Below are positions 22,866 through 32,900 of a stretch of 64,000 bases of DNA, one piece after another. The notes beneath the pieces are model-generated. The model saw only the letters and a list, made by a program, of their open reading frames with translations, did no database searches and was not told the origin of the DNA. The stretch spans positions 248,001 through 312,000 of the forward strand of contig JAHDYR010000013.1 in NCBI GenBank assembly GCA_019828565.1. Reading direction: 5' to 3'. The position numbers and the translations under genes are program-made. The stretch is from Carpediemonas membranifera BICM. Lineage: Eukaryota > Protista > Fornicata. Each line of letters opens with the position of its first letter. Position 1 is the first letter of the stretch.

Positions 22866-23846
22866 TTACTCCGTGATGATGCTGTGCGCCTTTCCGTAAT
22901 ACCGGGAGACCGTGGGGCTGGGCTGGGGCTTGATGGGACCCATAGGATAGAACTTCACGAGGCGCATGCTGTCGTACGCCGCCTGACGCTTCTTAGGGAT
23001 CTTGTCCACGACTGCGAGTTTCTTCTTGAGATCCTCCTCGACCTTGGCGGCGTTGGCGATAATCGCATCCTTAAGTTCTTGGAGAAGGCGCGACTTCTCG
23101 GGCTTGGGCACCGGCTTTTCCTCGCCATACTCATCAGCAACCTCGATGATCTTCTCCTTGGGGGTCCCGTCGAGATCCTCGCAATATTCGATAATCACGT
23201 CCTTGCCGTGGATCTTCGTCTCCAGCGTGACCATGGCCTTTGCCTCATTCGCTTCCCGCTTGCACACAGCGACGTAGTCCTTGGGAATGACGATGTATGG
23301 CGAGCAATACTCGTACTCCCGGACGTTCTCCTCGGACATCCGGGAAAGGGCAGTGGGACGGACACGGCAGGTGAGGAAACGGATGCGGGACTCTGCGGAG
23401 CCGAGACCGAAGGGGATCCAGTCCATCTTCAGGCGTCTAAACGGGACAATAGTCTCCGAGTCCATTTGAACCGCCTTGATCGCAAGTTCCTCGGGGAGTG
23501 TGACGTCGGAGATGGCGGCGGTGATGACAGGGACGAGGACGAAGTCGTCCTTGATATCGTGCTCAGCCTTCTCCTCATGCGTCAGGAGACGGGCCTCCGT
23601 ACTGCCGAAAAGGTGGACGAACTTGCCAGAATCAATGGCCTTAGCAAGCTCGCCTTCCATCAGGGAACGAAGGATGGGCGTGTGATCCCAAGGGATGGCC
23701 TGCATTGCAGAGTAATTGGACCACTCAGTGCCACAGCAGTATATGTCCCTCATAAGGTTCCGGTACCCGTTGAACTTAGTAAACTGGACAGCACCAGCCT
23801 CATAGTACTCTTCAGAAAGTCCTTCATCCTCTACAAACATTACCAT
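22866..23846 (-). CDS. HEAT INTOLERANT 4 (HIT4)-like protein
   Basis: GTEW, LFGSTE, VQMDSETIVP…LKMDWIP, YEYCSPY, KFYP, SRYYGKAH in the same order as plant HIT4. Confidence 0.75.
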   Translation of the reverse strand: MVMFVEDEGLSEEYYEAGAVQFTKFNGYRNLMRDIYCCGTEWSNYSAMQAIPWDHTPILRSLMEGELAKAIDSGKFVHLFGSTEARLLTHEEKAEHDIKDDFVLVPVITAAISDVTLPEELAIKAVQMDSETIVPFRRLKMDWIPFGLGSAESRIRFLTCRVRPTALSRMSEENVREYEYCSPYIVIPKDYVAVCKREANEAKAMVTLETKIHGKDVIIEYCEDLDGTPKEKIIEVADEYGEEKPVPKPEKSRLLQELKDAIIANAAKVEEDLKKKLAVVDKIPKKRQAAYDSMRLVKFYPMGPIKPQPSPTVSRYYGKAHSIITE

Positions 23847-23980
23847 CGGCAAAGCAGCGAATAAACTCTCCCTAAAATGCGAAGTGTACGTCGCTTCCAG
23901 AAAAGAGAGCAGAGCACACTCATATGCGTATGTATCGTCGCTTATGAAGCACATTGCCAGACTATTGCTCCACGCATTTT

Positions 23981-26900
23981 ATGGCACACCACACGAAAGG
24001 ATCAATGAGCTCGCAGCGGGTACGATCCGATCCGCTCAGAACACAGCGGGTGCGTCGAGATCCTTTGGCACTCATCGCCACGTTCACGAAGCTTTTGACT
24101 GATTCTCAAGCCGAAATCGACAAGCTTCTCGCAAACGAAGCCTCTCTTGCTCAATCACCCCTGTCTCTGATCAGAAAGTATCGCCGCATCTATCTTGCTC
24201 TCACTGTCATCAGAGATACCCGCTCTCTGTTCATGGAAGCCGGCGGTGATCTTCAGAGCCGCTTCGACACCATCTTCAGCCAGACGAAGCCCAAGGTTCA
24301 GTTCCTACACAACAAGGAGCTCAGCCTCGTCAACCAGTGGGTTTCCGGTGTCGAGAAGGCCCTCGCTGAGCCCTCCTCCGAGATCTCCCGGTCGGCCCAA
24401 GGCCCTCTCTTCTTCATTGACGCAAACTCGATGATGAAGGTCAACTACCCCCCCAAACTCCGCACAATTCTCGAGGAGGCCCAAGACTTGCAGGCCATGG
24501 AGGTTACATTCGACAAGGACGTCTCTAGCGGCGAGGAACGTCGCAAGCTGCCCCCCTCGATCGAGCCCACGATAACCCGGGCTGGAGCCCTCTACCAGTG
24601 GGTTGGTCGCCTTGTCATGGTCGCATCCCTCTACAACTCCCTCAGTGACACCTCTCTGCCCTACTACAAGGGATTGCTCGAGGCCGGCAAGGAAGACCTC
24701 ACCCGTGCCCTCACGTCGAGGACACTCTATGTCAACTCTTCTTTTGACTCGGTCAAGGCAACTGTCGGGTACTTCATGGAGAAGGCAGAGGGCCTCCTCA
24801 GCCGCGCCCGGGCTCTCAAGTCTGCTCACGGTACAGTCGGTCGAGTCATGCACGCGATACCGACCCTAGACCTTGTGTCAGATCACGGTCGGGCCAGACT
24901 GGAGGGAATCCTGACCCAGGCGAGTGAGATTATCAACACAGAGTCGATGAGGGCCGGCAAGGGCGACCCCGCGCACCATTGGCGACTTTACTGGAATGAG
25001 CGGCTCCGTGCCATGCTCGTGGACGCCGTTAGGAACAGCCTCACCCAGCTGACGTCCAATGCCAACTTCGGCATGCGTCTTGGGGCTGTTAGCGTGGCGT
25101 TTGACGCCATGACGGGCACTACCACAACCGACCCTGCCCCGCTCGACCTCCGGGCCGCCATGAGCGGGGTGATCAACGACATCGTCGCCCTAGTCACTGA
25201 GAGCACAGGCCTCACTTCTTCCAAGGGCGTGGACGTGCCGGCCTCGTTCTTCTCGGTCGCCCCCGACCTCGAGGACGTCATCGACTCTGCCTCTCGCCAG
25301 TGCGACCACCTCGCCTCCACCATCCAGGCCAAGGCTGCCGAGTTCTCCACCGCCGTCCAGCTCATTGCCCTGCCAGGTGCTGACGAAGCCGCACTTTACG
25401 GCGCCTCAGAGTGGAGCATGTTCTTCGCCACGGTCGACGAGGCGCAGCAGACCTCGGCCCTCACCATCCCGGACCAGATTGACGTCAGCGGCGTCGTACT
25501 CTCAATCATTTGGCTCAAGGGCACCGTCATCCCCGAGCAGTTTAAGGGAGCCAAGGTCAAGGCCCTCGCCCTCGCCGCCCAGTGCCTTGAGACCCACACC
25601 ATCGAGCTCAGCAACTTCGTGATCGATACGATGACTGCTCTCGACTCTGATAGCGAGTCGCCCCTCGAAGGCTACAAGGCCGCACAGACCGCACTGGACA
25701 CTGCCCAGACGATGACGTCGGCCATGGACAAGGTGGCCGCCACGGTGGAGACCATCAGCGCCATCCTCACGACAAAGGGGTTCACTGGCATCCGGAAGTC
25801 AGCGACTGAGGTTGAGTCAGTGATTGACTCCTGGAACGACCTCAGGACCAGGCTTGACCGGGTCGACTCGGAGCTCCAGCAGAAGAGGGCATCGCTCCTC
25901 GCGACGGTTGGCCAGCGGGCGTCGTCGCTTGCTTCCCTGGCCAGCTCTTTGAGAGGCGTCCTCGACCATGCCGAGCCTGCTGGTGCAAGAGACGTTTCCT
26001 CAGCCCTCAGTGAGAGTGTCAGAGTGGCTGAGCTGCTCGAGGAGCTCCAGAAGATGACCGACGATGTCACACAGGAGGTGTCATTCTTCGGGGCCGGCGT
26101 CCGCATCGACCCAGTGGTGTTCGACACCCTGGACCGCGCCACATCGTTTGTACGGCCTGCTAAGCTCTACAAACAGCTTGAGACCGACCTGGGCGATCTC
26201 ACTGGCCAGCCATGGCTCGAGTTCCGCCATAGAGCAGATGAAGTCGTCAAACTCGGCAAGGAGTACGCCAAGAAGGTCGAGGAGGCCCAGGCAGCAGGCC
26301 CACTTCACCCAGTCGTTCTCACCAGCCTCCAGCACCGCCTGTCAACACTATCCAACGCCGCCGTCGCCGTCCTCCCCGTCGTTGGCGAGGCGTTCACTCC
26401 CAAGTACTGGCTCCAGGCCACCCACCTCGTCCTAGGCCAGAGAATTCCCATTGAATCACTCACTGGATCCTCTTGGTTCGCCCAGAAAGCACTGGAAGCA
26501 CTCCATGACCACACAGAGGAACTCAACCAGCTTCGCCGTAGAGCCGAGGCCGAACGGCAGGTCCACGCGGCACTGGAGGAGCTCGATCTGTGGGCAGACG
26601 GCTTCGTCATCAGCCTGGAGGAGAAGCAGACTCCGGTCGGACCACTGTCTGTGGTGACAGATTGGTCTGACCTGTTTACTGCATTGGAGGAGAAGGATTT
26701 GCTCGTTGAATCACTCAAAGAGGGACCGCACTATGATTCATTCAAAGATTCGATCGATCTGTGGGTCGGGCGCCTCTCTATTTTAATGCAATCACTCAGG
26801 ATCCTCACTGATCTCCAGCGGCGTTGGCTCCATCTTCTGCCAGTCATGGAGGGCGGCGCCATTCCTCATCAAAAATCCGTTTTTGATCGGGTCCACCGGG

Positions 26901-29900
26901 TGATGGTCCAAATCATGGGTCCTAAGCCCAGCACCGGCCTCCGTGCCAAGCCGCACGCCGTGCACCTGCCCGACCTGGTCTCAAAGGCTGCCCACGAACC
27001 GGGCCGCCCCGCCCCAGACATCCTAGGGCGCATGGTGGCAGACTTAGAGGCGTGTCAGAGGGCACTGGGCGAGTTCCTCGACTCCAAGCGCCGCGCCTTC
27101 CCGCGTTTCTACTTCCTCAGCGATGAAGACCTCCTCGAGATCCTGGGCCGGAGTGCGGATCTGTCGACCGTCCAACGCCAATTGCCCAAGTTGTTCCAGG
27201 GCGTATCTAGCGCTGAGATCGAGTCTGGCGCCGTCGTAGCGGTGAATTCGTCTATTGGCGAGCGGCTCAAGCTGGATCATCCCGTCGCCATTTCAGAGGC
27301 CTCCGTCGAGAAGTGGCTAGACCAGCTGGCTAACGAGATTGTTGTCACGCTCAAACGGATTATCTCCGAATCTATTACCAGATACGCCAATGAGAACGGT
27401 CCCGACCGAGACATCAAGCTGGCCGCATCCGCTCCCGAGCAGGCCGCCCTTGTTGCCAACTACGTCCATTTCACATCTACCGTCTCCGCTGCCCTGGCCC
27501 GAGGTTCTGTTGGCCAGCTCATTGAGCCATTCCGGGCCAGATTGGCGGCCGTGACCAAGCAGATCGCCGTGGTTGACTCAAACCTACTCCGTGCAGTTTA
27601 CCAGGCGGTCGCCACTGACCTTACGCACTTTGTCAGCGCCATCGAGTCACTTGCCACCTCCCAGACCGCCCAGGTCGTCTGGGACAGCAGTTTACGGTAC
27701 ACCCAAGACTCTGATGGAGTCGTCCGCCTTCACATGTTTGACTCGGTCCACGACTACACGTATGAGTACCAGGGCAACCCGCCCCGCCTGGTCCACACTG
27801 ATCTGACGTCCAAGTGCTACGTCTCCCTCCTCATGGGGCTTCATCTGGGCTTTGGTGGTGCTCCATACGGTCCTGCGGGCACGGGCAAGACTGAGTCGGT
27901 GAAGGCACTCGCCCAGCACCTTGGCAGGCAGGTGTTCGTCTTCTGTTGCGACTCGAGCCTCGACTACAGCTCGGTCCAGCGGATATTTACTGGTATCGTC
28001 CTCTCAGGCTCATGGGTTTGCCTTGATGAGATGAACCGACTCGAGCCGACTGTGCTCTCAGCAATCAGCGGCCTCATCCAGACCATCCAGGGCGCCGTGA
28101 GAGACCGCAGTCCTGTGGTCACACTCGGGGCAGGCCAGGGCGAGCTCAGCGTGCGGCACACGGCAGCTGTGTTCTTCACCATGAATCCAGTCGCCAAGGG
28201 ATACGGCGGCCGCTCGTTGCTGCCAGAAAACCTCAAGCTCTTGTTCAGGTCGGTAGCGATGCTCAAGCCCGACGCCAAGCTCATCATCAGGGTCCTTCTC
28301 ACAGGCGAGACATTTGTCCATGCAGAGAAGCTCGCACCAGACATCGTCACAATCTTCTCTTACGCCCAGCAGCAGCTCTCGAACATGCGGCACTACGACT
28401 TCGGACTGAGGGCCATCAAGTCGACCCTGATCACTGCAGGTCGGGCCAAGCGCCAGTCCAATGCTGACGACGTCGCCTCAGAGACAGCGGTGGTGATGCG
28501 AGCGATCCTCTCTAGTCAGCTGTCAAAGCTGACTGCGAGAGACGCGGAGTTGTTCAAGAACATCGTCCGGGACGTCTTCCTCGTGCAAGATCTGCCCGAC
28601 ATCGCCGCTGACCGAGCATTCCTCGAGCTGCTGGAAGAAAGCGCGCGCACCCTCAACCTCACCGTCATCCCCGCCCAGCTGAGCAAGGTGGCCCAGCTGT
28701 ACGACGCCACGCTCCAGCGGACAGGCGTGATGACTGTCGGCCCCGCCCTCAGCGGCAAGACCACCGCCCTCTCCATCCTCGCCCTGGCTCTGGAGAACAA
28801 CGGCACCGTTGTCCACAAGTGGGTGGTCGCCCCCAAGGCTATGAACCGGAAGGAGCTGGTCGGCTCAGTCGACCCGGTCTCCCGGGAGTGGGTCGACGGC
28901 CTGCTTACAAACACAGTGAGAGAGGCGTGCTCGGTCCAAGCTGATGAAGATATGAACGGCACCGAGGCCGTCACGTGGATCGTAATTGACGGCGATGTAG
29001 ACCCCCATTGGGTGGAGGTGCTCAACTCGTGCCTTGACGACAACCGCCTGATGGCCCTCCCCAGCGGCGAAAGAATCCAGCTCGGGGCGAAGACGTCCAT
29101 CATCTTTGAGACAGACTCGCTCGTCCACGCATCCCCAGCCACCGTGTCCCGCATGGGCATGGTCTTTATGCACGCGCTCCCAGTGCTCGACGTCATCTCT
29201 GCCCCGACTATGAAGTGCCCTGCCCACTTGGCCGGCGGGATCTCCCAGATCGTGACGAATAAGGACATCAGTATCATGCTAGAAGCACTCAACCAGGTTC
29301 AACTCGCCCAGACCGCTGTGAACGCGGCCCTCGCCCTTGCCAAGGAGATGGAGGTTGACCCCGACAACCTACCAACCGACTCGGCCGCCTCAGCGATATT
29401 CCACGCCATGCGGGGACGACTGGGCAAAGCGAAGGACGCCACAGACACTGAGAGATCAGTCACCGTTCTCTCGTCTGCAGTCTCCGCAGTATTCGGCACC
29501 CGCGGCTTAGTGGATGTCACGCCTGACATGGGCGACTCCTTTGTGACAGATTCCATGGTCGACGCCGTCTCTGCGGCCAGGAACTGTATCCATAACAACA
29601 CGCCCCTCCTCCTCCTGGGGGCACGCGGGTCGGGTAGACGCAAGGCCATCGAGACTGCCGCCGCCTCCATGCCGTATCCGGTCACAGTCCGCCACATCTG
29701 GTGCTCTGGTGTCACCACTGCAAGCACCCTCCGCGACGTCGTCGTCCGTGACCTCAAGCCCTCCTTTACTGGGGCTGGCACCCGGGTGTTCAGGCCGCCC
29801 TCTGGCAAGACCGTCTTCGTCCTCCACGGGCTGGACACAGTCCCTAAGGACGGCTACGACTCGAGGGAAGTCGTCAACTGGGCCTCGCATATTGCCCACC

Positions 29901-32900
29901 ACTCGTCCATTTATGATCCGGTCACCGGCACGGCGGACCGTCTGGTCGACGTCGTCATCTTCGCCACTATGGCTCCGGGACTGTGGAAGGAGGGAGTGAC
30001 GCTGGATCAGATTGCATCGCCCAGGCTGCTGGGTGTCAGCACCACTGTGAGCATGCCTCGCCCCTCTACCCGGGAGTGCAGGGACATCCTCCTCAGCAAG
30101 ATCATGGGGCTGCCCTCGTCCCTGGGGCAGAAGACCACAGCTCTCGCTAACACGGTCGTTGCTGCCGGAGAGAGCGTTAACAAGCACCGCCCGGCTGCTG
30201 AACACGTGACACTCGACCAGCTTGTCCGTTGGGTGGGGGAGCTTGCACACTACGACCTCAGTACCGACCCAGCAACGGCCATACTCCACGCGGGGCTCAC
30301 AGTCCTCGGTGGAGCACCCTCTACACACGACGAGAAGCCCATGCAGAAGATCCTCGCCCACGCCATTGCCCAGAAGTTCCTCGGCGACAAGACCGCGTCC
30401 AGCGACCTTCAAAAGACGCCTCTCATGGTCGCCCTGGACACGTCCAACGAGGTTCTCCGGCAACCGATGGAGGAGGCGGACCTGGCAGAGTTGGGCGGGT
30501 CGACAGTGCAGTTTAGTGTAATTTTTAACGCCCTCAGCACGGCTACTGGTCTCACCATCACCATGAACCAAGGCTGCGGCGCCATCCCCGCGCTCATGGC
30601 TGCCACCCGCTCTTTGGGCGTTGAGCTGCACCACCCCGCCCCGGCCCGGCCATACACGACCAGGACCATGATGGCCGAGCTCAAGACCGCCATAGCTGCG
30701 GTGCTGGAGGGCAAGAAGGTCGCCCTCGTCATCACTGAGCCCCTAATCGACACTTTCCCTGCCTGGCTGTCCATTGTCAACAGCTTGGCCTCCGGAGTCC
30801 TCCCACCCGAGCTCTCGTGGGCAGACATACAGGTCATGGCGGCCGGCGCCAGTCTTCCGCCTGAGGAGACCCAGGCGGCCATCCTCGCAGGCCTCATCCC
30901 CGTAGCCGTGCTCGACTCGGCCCACCCCGCATATGATGACCGTATGCGCCTGTTCGTCGGGCTATCGAACAACACTGTCGCCGTCAAGATGACTCAGGCT
31001 GAAGTCACTGGAGTCGACGAGTCGGTCGTTATGCTCCATAAGGAGTATGCCACCCACCCCTCCCAGCTCGGCATCATGGCCGGACTATTTACTACTACCC
31101 GCGCCGCCCAACTCGAGAGAATCGGGTCGGATAAGGCGCGCCTGGACAGAGGCCTTCAGGCGCTCGAAGGGGCGCGGCAGGCTATCGGTGACCTCACGAC
31201 TCAAGCCGAGTCACAACGGAAGGAGCTTGACGAGGCAAAGGCGGCTCTCCAGGTCACCCTCGAGGACATCCGCCAGGCTACAGTTGAAGGCACGAACAAG
31301 ACGAGGGAGGCCGAGACGATGCAGGCCGAGCTGAAGACCAAGGAAGCGGCTGTTGCGGAGAAACGGGTTGGTGCCAAGGCGAGGCTCGACAACGTTGTGC
31401 CTGTGATCGAGGAGGCAAGGCAGGCGGTGGACCGCATCGACAACAATAGCCTTGGCCGGGCAATTGATTACAGCAAGGGCGCCAACGCCAGCCGCAGTTT
31501 CAAGGATGTGATTGGACTCATTCAAAAGATCACAGAACCCCGCCCGGATCAAAAGATGAGCGCCGGAGTCGTGAGGCGTGGCATCGAGGCGTTGGGCCAG
31601 GACATCGACTCCTGGGCCCGTGAGCTCACTGACAACAAGAAGAAGTTCGCCAGCATCAAGAAGGACGTCGCCAACCTCGAGCCGGACCAGGAGCTCAAGC
31701 GCGCTGCCACATGCCTACCGCCTCTCGCTGCGTGGATCCGGGCCGTAGTCAACTATGCTGATACCGTGAACGACGTCGCCCCCCTCACGGCGGAGGTCGA
31801 GCGACTCGACTCTGAGCTCAGCAACAGTCGCCGTATGCTGGCTGATGTCGAGCGAGAGCTAGTGGAGCTCAAGACCCGCGGTGATCAGCTCGCTGCCGAT
31901 TACCAGTCGCGCACGGCTGAATCAGTGTTGCTCGGCCAGAAGCTCGAGGCCATCGAAGACAAGCTCGGCCGGGCCACGTGGCTGATGAACCAGCTCGAGT
32001 CGGAGCGCAGTCGCTGGGCTTTCTCCAGAGACGAGATGGCTGAGGTCGCCGCTTCTATCGACAATCTCGCCGTGCACGCCGCAGCACTCACCTCTCACGG
32101 TCTCAACCGCAGCGAGGATGGCCGCCAAGCGCTGCTTGACCAGTGGAGTGTCCCCCAGCTGGACTACCCGGCCCTGGTCAGCTCCCACAAGGCAATCGCC
32201 CAGTGGATCGACGCCGGCCTCCCCTCCCACGCCGCTTCCCTCACCAACGCCGCAGCTCTCGACCTGACTCTGACATGCGGGGTCTGCCCGCTCGTGATAG
32301 ACCCAGACGGGGGCCTCGTTGACGCCGCTGCCGCTGTACTCGCCGCCCGCGGTGTCCCTGTGGACAGGCTATCGCCCAGTCACCCCCAACTCCTCAGCAA
32401 GCTCGCCCTCGCTGTTAGATTCGGCCGAAAGGTGATTCTGAGCCTCACAGACCCCTCGGTGCTCCCGCTGCTGGCTTCATTGCTGGTGGCCGAGGTCGGC
32501 GATTCCATCATTGTCGGCAGTCAGACCGTGGATGTATCCCCAGATTTCCGACTGATCCTGTCGACCGTTGACGGTGACATGACAAAAATTCCGCCATACA
32601 TTACCGGCCACGTGGTACCAATCCGTGTGGTCACGAGTAAGGCTGGCCTCGTCCAGTCCTTCATGGACATCACGCTGGCCACCCTGCACGCCGACATGCG
32701 AGAGCAGCGGGCCCAGGCGACGGCGACGGAGACCAAGCTGCGGAAGGAGCTCGAGAGCCTGGAGGACGACCTGCTGACGACACTGTCAGAGAACCAAACA
32801 GACTTGCTCGGCAACGACGCCCTCGTTGAGACGCTCAAGACACTGAAGGCGAGCACCAAGGAGGTCAGCCGGGCCCTGGACGCCGCGAGAGAGTCCAAGG

